A stretch of 63,999 nt of DNA, filler included, from Dimargaris cristalligena (lineage: Eukaryota): the NCBI GenBank assembly GCA_003614675.1. It is 8 parts of 8 records of this genome, joined end to end, with 100 filler letters (N's around TTAATTAATTAA, not from the genome) between each part and the next. Parts side by side here need not be neighbours in the genome. Positions count along the whole stretch, not along the records: positions 8,200 to 16,293 come from ML003359.1; positions 16,394 to 24,483 come from ML003360.1; 6 more parts are not named here. The stretch is one strand, 5' to 3'. This document shows, piece after piece, positions 10,595 to 22,003 of the stretch. The position numbers and the translations under genes are program-made. Position 1 is the first letter of the stretch, and each line of letters starts with the position of its first letter. The notes under the pieces were generated by a model, which searched no databases, was not told the DNA's origin, and was given only the letters and a program-made list of their open reading frames with translations.

Positions 10595-13317
10595 TCCCGG
10601 CCGGCGTAAGTGCGCTCCGATGGCCACCATTTAAGCACTCTCGATCCGCACTTTGGCCAGTGTTGTTGCCCATACTCTATCTTAGCACCACCGCTGACTT
10701 CCAGCCTCTGACCTGCTCCTGCGATTCTTAAATGATTTGCGACCGGGACGTGCTATACAGCAAATTTTTCGCCCGCTCCGTGCTTCTTTATTTCCTACCG
10801 CCCTTACTGAAGTCTCGTAAATATACATGGCGTCTTCGTGCGTCGAAATTGCTCGCGAGTTGAGTGATCGTGGTGGTGGTTACGGAACTTTTTAAATAAA
10901 TTATTGGTATTAAAATAGTCAGCTGCCCATTTTGGCTGCCTATAGATGCTGGTGGGGTCGATATGTGCACACATGAAATTGCTACGTGGTGGTGTCAGAC
11001 ACCTCCAACCACTGTGCCCGGCCGAGGGGGAGGGTATGGTTTTACTGTCAGTGCACTGCATGGACTTATGTGTTTTTAGGCAGCCCCGCCATGTCCACAT
11101 TCCACCACTTGGTGACTGGAGGGCTGGTTGGCCGTGACGAAGGGGCGCCCGCAGTGAAGTGAGAGAAAGAGCCATAATGCTATCCGGCATTTATCAGGGT
11201 GATTCAGCTTATTAGTGAGTAAATGAAAGACGGGGGAGCAGTTCACTACACCAGCTTTGATGGCGGGCGCAGGGTGAGAGAGATGCCCATGCTGCTGCGA
11301 GAAAGAAGCGAAACGAAGACGATGGGTGTGATGGGGGGGATACCTTCAACGGAGGGGAAAATCTCGTCGGGGGCCGGCGACAGGAACTAGGCAGAGAATG
11401 GAGGTCCCAGGCAACATAATCACCTACCGTGGGCTGGGGCGTCCTTAATAGCGCTATTTGGCCTAGGCGAAGAGCGGCGAGGCCCATTAGTCCCGCGCCA
11501 CCAGGTTTGTGTGGGCCTTGGTCTGTATATGCACTGTTGAAATATATGCGCCCTCGCATCGGTACTACTAGCTTCGGATACATACATATATATATATATT
11601 TCAGGGCCTAGGCCTCCTGGTATACGGTTCTCCTCTCCCATTTACCTCTCTATGTTATAATAATCCAACCTGTAGTTATTTCCATTAATCTTTTAAAACC
11701 AGCAGCGATTCACCTGCTGCGTAGTATCTGCCTCCGGCAACTTGACCTCGTGAGCGCCTTGTAGGGTCTTCGACTCTCTCTCTCTCTCCTCCTTTCTCCA
11801 CGTTATTACTTGAAACCTACCCCTTTCGTTTAAGTATCTCAGGGTAGTCTCTGTCCAATAGGGCTTTGCGTGTAGTAGCTTCGGTTTCGTTAGTGCAATT
11901 CGGGGTCCACCACCTCCTGCCTGCTTTTAGTTTCAACGTCGCAACGACAAGGCCTTCTTCCCTACTACCTACGCACCTTGGCCCTTCCGCCCATTCCGAG
12001 CCCAGGCGGTAGCAACCCTCGCTCGGCGCCTAGTCCCGGCCGGTACAGAGCACCGTGCGACTACATAACCCTTTAACCCCTCCCAGTGGCCGTGTTTCAT
12101 TTGGAGGAGCTGTCCCAGGTCGCCCCCGTTGTGCATGCGACCCCTCGCTCATACTTAGTGGGTCTCAGTTGGCGTTTCGCCTTGTATTTCCTTTGTGAAG
12201 GGGATAGTAGTTTTATAGACTTATTGTTAAGCTTTTTGGGCACAGCGAAAGCGGGCTCCAGCTCTTCTCATCCCGTGTCTTTTTTGTTCCCCTTTTCCTC
12301 CTTTATCTTGTGTAGTTCCCTCTCTCCCTCCCCCCTCTTTCCCCCCCTCCTCTAACCCTTCACGTATTGGGCGATTCTCATTGAGGGCCCGTCCATCTTA
12401 TCCCCCCCTTCTTGCTTCTCCGCTCTTTGGCGGTTATTTTTTTGTTTGCAGTTGCCCCATTCACCCTTGCTTTGGCTCCATCCCCCCGCCCGTTCCGTCG
12501 TATATTCCGTCTTTAACCATTCTTTAGCTTTCTTTCCCTAATCTCTCTCTAACTCACTGTACCTATAGAACCCGAGCGTTCGTTTTAATTTTTTCGTTTC
12601 ACTTCCTATCGGAGCCCTTGGCTGTTGCACCACCTTTGTTTCCCCCTCGTTTATTCCATTTGCTACCTCATATACCCCCACCTATATCCCCCCTGTTCTC
12701 GACCCTTGGCCGTGTATCGCCTACTATCTTCGGTAGTTAACAATTGTCTAGTTCGGGTCGGTTTCCCTTCTAATTTTAGTCACTTGTAAAGCCGAAGTGA
12801 GCCGCGGGTACCGTGTTTAGTGTGTGCAGCCCAACCGGCCCCTATTCTACTTTTCCCTGAGGTAAGCATTCCCTAATCCACCCCTTGCCCACATACCCGC
12901 TCAACCCCGAGGTCCCCTCTCTATTATTCTTCTCGTGGCTATACGCCGTGAGAGGTTGGTATTTGCGGCCTACCCGCTACTATCCCTGCTCCCCACCATT
13001 CCTATTATTGAACGGGATCGCGCTTTAAGTACGAGCTTGTTTAACTCGGCTCTCCAGCCGAGGGGGGCACATACGCCACCGTCTAGGTTGAACAAGGGGC
13101 GAGTTTGGATGCCGTTCCTAGGAGGGGGTATAACCAGATGCCTCGTTTTGTGTAATTCCCTTTCTCGGTCCTAGCGAACCCTCTCTCCCTGTATGGGCAG
13201 CGCCCCTCGCCTCACCTTCCCTTTCTCACCACCCCTTTCCAGCGGCTGTTACCCCCTCCCCTTGAATAATATACATTCCCTCCCTTATTAGTACGTCGGA
13301 CCCAAATTCCAACCAGC

Positions 13318-15148
13318 ATGGGGTTATGCATGTCCCTTGACGACTCCGAGGAGTCCGCCCGGAGCGCTGCCATAGATAAAATGATCGAAGAGGACCGGAG
13401 TAAACTATCCCGGGAGTGCAAAATTCTGCTTCTCGGCAGCGGAGAGTCCGGCAAGTCGACCATCGTAAAGCAAATGAAGATCATCCACCAAAACGGCTAC
13501 ACGCTCGAAGAACTGGGCCTTTTCCGGATGACCATATACAAGAACCTCATTGACTCCGCACAGGATCTTATCCTCGGCATGAAGCGAATTGGTCTGCATC
13601 CCCAACTCAAGCCAAATCGGGTAAGTGTCTCGTGCCGCATTCACTATCTTCCACCCCTTGGGTTCTAGTTCCAGCCGCCTGCTCCCCAGATTATACCTCC
13701 TTCCTTAGGACCCCGGTATCCTAAGCCATGAGCCGTTATTTAATTGGTTTTCGAGAAAGGCACTGCCCTCGGCGGGTCGGTATTAACCACGGCTTACCCC
13801 ACTCACGCGTCTTCTCCTTCGCTTTGCCATTGTTCATTTGTTGCTCTACCATTGCCGTATTTAGGATTTTGCCTCGGTGCTTATGGAATATCGAATGGGC
13901 AATGCCTTCACTGTCAAGCTCCCGACCGAGCTTGTGGCGGGTATCGAATCCCTGTGGCATGACCCGGTAATACCGAAGGTCATGGATCGGTCCAACGAGT
14001 TTTATCTTATGGACTCTGCGTCTTAGTAAGTGCTTTATCTTATTTTCCTCCCTCCCTTAACTTCCGCTCCAATCACTCCCCTTTGGTGCTGGCCAATCCC
14101 CGGTTCCGGCTCAATCGCATGCCCATCCCCTATTTGCTGGGTTATCTATTAGCTGATGATGATTACTCACCTCCTCCCCAATCGCTTTACCCTCAAATGC
14201 ACCGTCATTGTATTTGCGAACTATATAACCCCCCTTAATAGCTTCTTTAATAATGTCAAGCGGATTGGCGAGACCAATTACGTACCAACCGAAGCCGACG
14301 TATTACGAGCCCGATCGAAAACCACGGGTATCATCGAAACCCGGTTTAATATGGGCCTACTTAGTATTCAGTAAGTCGGCATTCCAAACTACGCCAGCAG
14401 CGGAATACTTGGCACTCTATTTTGCCCCGTTCATCTTTCCTCCCCTGCCGCCAATTTTAATCCACTAACCTCTTCCACTTTCCACCTCTTCCTATTTTTA
14501 ACATTCACCCGGCTGATGATGAACCCTGTCACCAGCATGTTTGACGTAGGCGGTCAGCGGTCAGAACGTAAAAAGTGGATTCATTGTTTTGAAGGAGTAA
14601 CCTCCATTATCTTTTGTGTGGCCCTCAGCGAATACGATCAGGTTTTGCTGGAAGAATCAAAACAGGTAAGTTATCAGGACCTGGGTTAATACTCGGCGTA
14701 ACAACTGTCTCTTCTTTTGAACCACTGTTCGCCATCCCCCATATACAACTAGTATCTAATTTGTTTTTACCTAACCCCACCTTTTTTTTTCGTTCACTTT
14801 GCTTTGTAGAACCGGATGGAAGAAAGTCTTGTCCTCTTTGGGTCAGTCATTAATAGTCGGTGGTTTTTACGGACATCGATTATCCTTTTCCTCAATAAGA
14901 TTGACCTTTTCCGGGAGAAGATCCCCAAGATTCCCCTTAGTCGGATCTTTCCTGAGTACACTGGTGGACCTGATGTCAACAAAGCGGCCAAATATATTCT
15001 ATGGCGGTTCACCCAAAAGAACCGTGCGAAGCTGTATATTTACCCCCACCTCACACAAGCTACCGACACTTCCAATATCCGGCTAGTCTTCGCGGCCGTT
15101 AAGGAAACCATTCTACAGAACGCTCTAAAAGATTCGGGTATACTATAG
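13318..15148 (+). CDS. Heterotrimeric G protein alpha subunit, fungal group III (cAMP pathway; Gpa2/GNA-3-like); exons 13318-13620, 13865-14025, 14242-14370, 14536-14665, 14810-15148; 353 aa
   Basis: MGLCMS lipidation start, [40 protein letters not shown]-terminus [11 protein letters not shown]; four GT-AG introns splice in frame. Confidence 0.96.
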
Positions 15149-15902
15149 GTGCCTTATGGGGCTGGAGTTTAATCCCGCCTTTTGGTTTACCTATAATCCC
15201 TACTTGGTCTATAACTGGGGCGTACCCTCCCCTATACCTTACTATATCTCACCCTTCTCCAAAACTAATAAAGCCATCCATTACCTTTCTTCCCGCGTCT
15301 CACTTTCGGTTGCGTTTGCTCGGCCCACTTGCCTGCCATTCCAATTAGGTTATTTTTGCCATTAATATGATCTACGCACGATTGTCATCTTGCCGTGGTG
15401 TATCACTATTTTTCAAGCTATACTTTCAGCTATACGGTTATGTTGATGATATGCCCAACCCACTCGTGTTTAACCTACAGTCAACGTTCATCGTTTTACC
15501 AGTTGTTGATACCACCGACCTTCTATAGAGTTACATGTTTTGCTGGTCAATTGTCCATCTTGATGACCCCTACCCTTATTAAAACTATAGATTTCACTAT
15601 TTGAATTTTGGTGAATTAACATTGGTATGGTTGGGATTACCTAAGTGTGACTTGTTACCTAAACAGTGGCCTTTAGTGAGCAGAAGAACGGCTGGGCAAT
15701 AAAGCGAACAATAATGGGGTGCTCAGCTGAATTAAAGGGTCCATTGCAATGGTCCCGTGTTATAGAGTATATAATTCTACTACTAATATTAAAGTTATGT
15801 GCTTGAGTGAATGAATGTCGGGGATGACCCTAAACCGACCGACTGTATTCTGGGACTCACTGACAGTATTCGTGAATAGAATTATTGTGCATCGTCGAAT
15901 TA

Positions 15903-16046
15903 ATATGGAAGAAATTCAAACCAGCTGTATAAGGTTTTACATAATACATGTATAGACGAATATATACAAGAATATCTTTTAACCAGTAATCTTGGCCTCA
16001 TCCAACGGATTTTTAGTTTTACAGCCTGAATGAACTTCTCCCATAT
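15903..16046 (-). mobile_element. MITE family A, complete copy
   Basis: Imperfect TIRs ATATGG(G/A)AGAA(G/A)TTCA..CTGTA; aligns by eye with 42016-42158 and 49385-49518. Confidence 0.8.
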
Positions 16047-16079
16047 TGTAAGGCAAAGGGCATGATGATAAAATGGATT

Positions 16080-16150
16080 TACGCAGACCGGGAATCGAAC
16101 CCGGGTCTACCGCGTGGCAGGCGGTAATTATACCACTAAACCATCTGCGC
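16080..16150 (-). tRNA. tRNA-Gly(GCC), second copy
   Basis: Reverse complement identical to 8200-8270 except one C>T in the acceptor stem (G1-U72 pair). Confidence 0.95.
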
Positions 16151-16293
16151 TACATGTTTTTGTTGTGGTGTGGCAGAGCGACTAATATAATAATAGGCGA
16201 GAATGCCTTATTGTCAAAAGATATAATAAAATCGGACTCAAGATAACTGTAGGCAAAACTGCCGGTACAGTTCAGAAGAATGAAAAAAGAGAT

Positions 16294-16393
16294 NNNNNNN
16301 NNNNNNNNNNNNNNNNNNNNNNNNNNNNNNNNNNNNNTTAATTAATTAANNNNNNNNNNNNNNNNNNNNNNNNNNNNNNNNNNNNNNNNNNNN
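16294..16393. other. Artificial contig linker
   Basis: N-TTAATTAATTAA-N spacer. Confidence 0.99.
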
Positions 16394-16604
16394 GGAAGAC
16401 TCTCATGGGAACTGGAAGAGTCTTGGATCAGCAAGTTGAGTGTTTGGGGTGCAAAGCACTGGGGTCAAATGGGCAGGGTTATATAATAAATAATGACCCC
16501 ATAGTACCGGGGGGTGACTATGGGAAGGTTAATAGGGTACTATAAGGCCTAATAAAGATGGGTGATCATTAGGTCTGGATTAAGTCAGATTAGGAGGGCC
16601 GACA
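16394..16604 (+). mobile_element. LTR family B, terminal fragment cut by contig start
   Basis: Matches the end of 57407-58275 and of revcomp 62810-63393 (CTATAAGGCCTA..AGTCAGATTAGGAGGGCCGACA). Confidence 0.75.
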
Positions 16605-16720
16605 TCCCCTTATTATTATCTATAAAGCACCCTTTATATCAACTGCTTGTGTATTATCTCTTGTAAACTCGTCTAAGGCATAGCTATTTAACCATATCTT
16701 GGATTATTGCCTACGACAAA

Positions 16721-16809
16721 TACTACTAGTTGAAAATAAACACCCTGCCGATTTTCCCGTATACATACCAGTTTAATACATTTACAGCCAAGCCAAACTT
16801 TGCCCATAT
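16721..16809 (+). mobile_element. MITE family A, partial copy
   Basis: TACTACTAGTTGAAAATAAACA...GCCCATAT matches the right half of the copy at 32773-32919. Confidence 0.65.
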
Positions 16810-17250
16810 GTTTGTTGAACTATGTCATCCCCCCCCCCAAGTGTCATCTACCATATTGGGCATTTGGAGTGATCATATTAATCGAAAACATGTCAAATAA
16901 ATACCACTGCAGAGTGCTTAATTATCTCTTTGCAGATCTTCCTTCTTTTTATCTATTTCGGTATAATATCCTTTGAGAGAATCTGCGGTTATCCCAATAA
17001 TATATAGGTATCGATCCCCCCTATTTTCCATCATAGTATGCCCCCCCCAATGTACTTACTAGTGAACGTTGTCGCATTTGTATCGGTTCATTAATATTTT
17101 CAAACATACACCATTCATTTAACGGTGACATTACAGTATTATGGCCAATTAATGTGGTTCACTGTTCTTTATTTTTATTTTCGGTTTTGTTTCCGCCAAT
17201 ACTCATCAACTGTTCACCTTCATCAATATCATTTAAGCAGCTATCCTAAA

Positions 17251-18573
17251 ATGCGTATGTTCAAACCAGTCGATCTTGCCTTGGCATTTTTCTCCCTAGT
17301 CCATGCCTCTGAAGTACGCAATTTCGAGTTCAATCTAGATGACCACATCAACTATATTGATGATTTTCCGCTTAGTACTGACGACGCTGGCACTAGTACT
17401 GTCCTAGAACCTCTCATCAACGATCCAGCACTCTTTGGGGCCAGTTTTCATATAAGTCAATTAGACTGGAGTGGGCTAGAACAACTCATTGACGCGAACA
17501 AGTAGATCATGAATGATAGTGACGTCAACGAGCTCCCCAAAATAGAAAAATATCCTGACGTAGACTACCCTGGCAATCAACTCGCGTCAATCGGAAGGTT
17601 TTCCTATTCAGAGGAAAGCAGCCTATATGGTATGATGAACACCGGTAGTTATCAAGGCAGTCCCGTCATAGACCCAAAGTTGCTTCGCGATCAGTCTGGT
17701 ATAGATTGGGATCCTGCTGTTGCAAGTATATTGGATCCTGGAGATTATTCGCTCCTGCGACAAGTAAAGGAAGCAGCGGAAATTGATTCCAACGGCCAAC
17801 ATTACCAACAACCCCCGCCTGCGGAACCCATTCGCCAGGACAATCACTCAGTAATGCCCAACAAGAGGAAGCTACTGGTCAGTGATCCAGTTGAAAGTTC
17901 AACCACGGTCCCGTAGCAACACAGGACGGTTTTAAAAACACCGTTTAAAAAGACGCTTCACATTTGTGGGGAATGTCTTCGATCCTTCGAGTCTCCCCAT
18001 CACCTCGAATATCATAAGCGAATACACAACAGAGAGAGGCATATTCCCTGTCAGAGTTGCTCTAAATCGTTTCGACGGAATAATACTCTCAAAACGGATA
18101 AGCCCATGCACTCTGTGGAAAATTATTTTATCAGTCAGATTTGCTTTAAGGCGTTTCGACGGAATAATGAACTCAAAGTGCATATGCGAGCACACACTAG
18201 GGAGAGTCCTTTTAAGTGCAATGACTGCTCTTTAGCGTTTAAACAGAAAAATGCCCTCAATTTCCATATCCTAAAGCACGCCAAGGAAAAGCCTAATACC
18301 TGCGATCATTGCGAGTAGGGGTTTGTTTGGAGGAGTAGTCCCTCAGAGCATGGAGGAGGTCGCCATGGGGAGTAGCTAATCACTTGTGATTACTGTGAGC
18401 ATTCATCTACGAGTCTTGGCAGCATAAATCACCACTATATAATATATACATATATATATATATATGTGTGTGTGGAACCCATTCAATTATTTGAATTTAA
18501 TAAATATCACACTACACACCGCACTCGTCTTATCCGGAGTCCCTCAATAAATAAATACATTTTAGTCTTGTAA
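17251..18573 (+). pseudogene. Signal-peptide-bearing multi-C2H2 zinc-finger gene with four in-frame TAG codons
   Basis: One continuous frame: MRMFKPVDLALAFFSLVHA, acidic region, PNKRKL, then fingers CGECLRSF..HKRIH, CQSCSKSF, ICFKAFRRNNELKVHMRAH, CNDCSLAF..HILKH, CDHC, CDYC. TAG at 17503, 17914, 18316, 18373; some zinc ligands degenerate; true 3' end uncertain. Confidence 0.75.
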
Positions 18574-19072
18574 TTAGAGCTATTACGATGATGGTTTTTC
18601 ATGGATAATAAATATACCAGGGCTTAATCATCCCCAGCGATAAGTCCAGAAACCATAAATAACATGGCCTACTGATCACCCTCTATAGTGAATGTGGTAG
18701 ATAGCTTTAGAAATTTGAATGTCCCTAACATTCTTCACCTGAATAATAGGAAATACGGAATAACAGTTGGAGGTACACCAGTTCGCAATATTGAAGGTAT
18801 AAATTAGACGATAAAACGCGAGGTCTTCCTTAATCAACCTAAGACGATATTGAAAGAGAAAATGAGTCGCCAGTATCAGGTATATACCCGTGGTTGGTTT
18901 TGTGGACAAAGATTAAATATACGGTCAAGTTAAATTGGCACAGTGTGTTGTGCCGCAGCCTCAAGCGGATGATACTCATATAACTCTTCAATTTATTCAT
19001 TTATTTCCTGTATACCATATGCCTGCTTAGATTTTGCTCTTCGGAACAAATACAATGCTGTTCAACGGTACA

Positions 19073-19205
19073 CACGGGTGAAATTCGGCCCAACTGTATA
19101 AGGCTATAAATGCTGTGTGTAGGGGAAAATGAGCAGTTCATTTATTTTTAAGCTGCTGTATTTGCCTCATCCAATAGATTGTTCGTAAACAACCCAGTGG
19201 ATTTG
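19073..19205 (-). mobile_element. MITE family A, degenerate copy
   Basis: GGGTGAAATTC..CAACTGTATAAGG...GCCTCATCCAATAGATT resembles 15903-16046. Confidence 0.55.
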
Positions 19206-20400
19206 AATAGTGTAAGAACACGCGGCCAGTGAATCGTTTTCTGTTCCCGTTTTTAGGGGGATCCTATAGCTGATATTAAGGTGCCTCACAGTCCTACCGT
19301 ATCTGGTGGTCGAATAAATGGCAATAGATCTAGATTATATAATGACATTCCACTTTTGCTTTCCATAAACAGCTGTTCCGATACTACAACTGCCGTAGTC
19401 GCGATCCTGAATTAAAGTCTCATGGCTAGATAATACGGTGATGAGTTCTACTGGTGGGACTGCGGCTCTTTAGGCCTGTGACTTACTCTTGCTTAGTCAA
19501 CGTTTACAATTGCTTAAAAGGTCGATTTGATTGGAGGCGACGATGCTTTGGAGCAGTTAAACTTAGGGCTTTGGGGCTTGCTCTTTAGTATCTGTGGCCC
19601 TAGGGGTTTGAAGGTAACACAGAGTGCCTTTGGCTGGCTATTTATCACTCGGAGAATACAGAGACGAAATGTATACAGGAGAACGGGCTCATTAACCCCA
19701 TACCGAATCAGTTCATTGAATGGATGGGCCATAACCTCCCATCCCTCCCCCCAATCCGCAATCCACAATATACACACCCGGCCCTATTTTCACCCAAACC
19801 AAACCAACCCCATCTCATACACCGTTGTTTGGTATGGCCGATTGGGTATAATTGCTCTACCGAATTTAAGCGGATGGGAAGGAACTAAGGCATGTCTGGT
19901 AGATAGGGGAGCTTGCCATTCAAATGCAAATCTAAAGGTGCAAAGCACTGGGTGTGAGTGAGGGGGGGACTCCTCCCCCTATCCGCAACAATGCATCGAA
20001 ATCGCCAATGCGACGCCCCTCCGAAACCCATCACTATTCGCCAGACTGGTCAGAAGCTGGACACACCGGAACACATTGTCCCACTTACTCAGCAGGTAAA
20101 AGGGTACTGCGATTACTATATCTGGATATATATATATATAGGCATTGGGGAAGACCGACCCTCCTTCCCCTTGTTAGTCATACCCCAGTGTCTTCGTGTC
20201 TTATATACCTGCTCTCGTTTAATCACGGTTCCGTACTTGGTGAAACCTGTTTCATCAATCTCAGCTACTATTAATTTTATTCATCATTATCAACTAGAAC
20301 CTGGATTACTCTAGCTCTATCACCTTTCTCGATCGAATTTCAACTTTCCTACTTAGCAACCACCTCCCCCCCGTTCCCGCTCATCAACCTCGCCGCCCAA

Positions 20401-21008
20401 ATGTGTATGCGTACCACCTGTTCGGAGTGCAATAAGCCCACCTATAAGGGTTGCGGACGCCATGTCGAGCAAGGTAGGCCTTATAGCCCAGTTCATGAGG
20501 GAATTTATCTCTGAAGTAGCCGGAGGGAAATCGGTGGACCCACGACTTTCTGGGAATACCATAACGATATCCGGTGAAGGCGGTGTTTGATAGGAAGAGG
20601 CCTCCATAAAACCCCGCGGCTATAGTCTATCCATCGAGTAGTCGCCCGCTTACCTCGACTCCCCTATAAAGCTACATGGCTAATCGTATTCACCAACTAC
20701 GGACTCTATAATAACCTTACAACTGATTGGCCTCTGATTAATCCATATCCATATTCGCTTCATTCTCGCGTCGACCATATACCTCCGCCCCTGCGCCCAT
20801 TCCTCATGGTTGTCATTTTGCGTTGCAACGTGTAGTCCTCGGCGACGTCCCAATGGAACAGCGCTGCCACTGCCGCGAGGATCAGGCCAAGAAAGGCGCT
20901 ACTGGGGCTAACCCTACGCAATCGACGGGTGAGTCCATAGTTGGCAAAATTGCCATGGCGGCCATTGTTACTGGCCTTATTTACGCGGTTCGCAACTTTC
21001 TTCTCTAG
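20401..21008 (+). CDS. 81-aa Cys/His-rich protein with C-terminal hydrophobic helix; exons 20401-20473, 20836-21008
   Basis: Spliced product MCMRTTCSECNKPTYKGCGRHVEQVLGDVPMEQRCHCRE...IVGKIAMAAIVTGLIYAVRNFLL; GTAGG..TAG phase-1 intron; recognisable CxxC-K-T-GCGxH-CxC pattern. Confidence 0.8.
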
Positions 21009-22003
21009 GATGCGATGGAGTGTTGGTAATATATGTGCAGAATGACTAGGCGAGATGGGGGTGGACAATACGGTTTATAAGTTTGCCTTCACCCAACCTC
21101 CCCTGCTGCAGATCTACCACGTCTACACCCTGCTCTGTGGACTTTCGGTTTGTCCATTCCCTAAATATATATATAATTATAGCAAGCGAGTATGGGCATG
21201 TGAAAGGCCGACTACATCAGATAAACGGATACATCAAACATTTGGGCGTAATTGGGGCAGCAATTTTCCCCATCTTTAATGGTGTGCTGTTCCCATTGCC
21301 CCAATCGCCAGTGTATATTTCTGGATATATTTTATGATGCCAATACTGCTTATAAAAATACAACTCGGTTTTATTAAATGTTAGTGTCATTTCTCACCCT
21401 CCCTGGCCTACCTATACCCACAATCATGCGAATTTGGGCAATCCATCAACCTTTTCAACTTATCTAATGACGAACCTTCTATTTTTGTTTGTTTCATTAT
21501 GGATTTGAATATTGCCTCATCCGCGATTGGTCTGAATATCGTTACTTCGCTCGTGGTGTCTCATTATCTCTCCCCGTCCCCATCCCACAGTGTCCCCCAA
21601 AGCCTCCACTGAACAACAACAAAAGCAGCAGCTGCCACAACAACAAAACTAAGGGTATATTCACCAACTCGCTCAGTTGAAAGCCCTGTTTAACGCGCAT
21701 TAGGTCCCTTTCTGCGAATATTTTTGTGGTCCAAATAAAGACCATTGGTCTTAGCACCCATGATCGCAGACCCCATTAAGCATCAACACTGTATTTTGAA
21801 AAATCACACCACAATACACCCACTCGCGGTCCATTAGACCTAGCCCAATTAATAGGTAAATAAATTCATTAAATTAGTAATGAATTATGCCAGTGCTCTA
21901 AATGGTTTAGACAGTCTAGCCCCACTCGCCAATCTAGGGTGGTCGTGCCATGGGTATTTTAGGGAAACCGGCAATGTTATTATGAGCAGCCTGTGATTTT
22001 GTT

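Noticed and set aside
15146-15148. Genome-wide TAG reassignment
   Set aside because: TAG terminates G-alpha exactly at its conserved C-terminus (DSGIL), so it is a normal stop.
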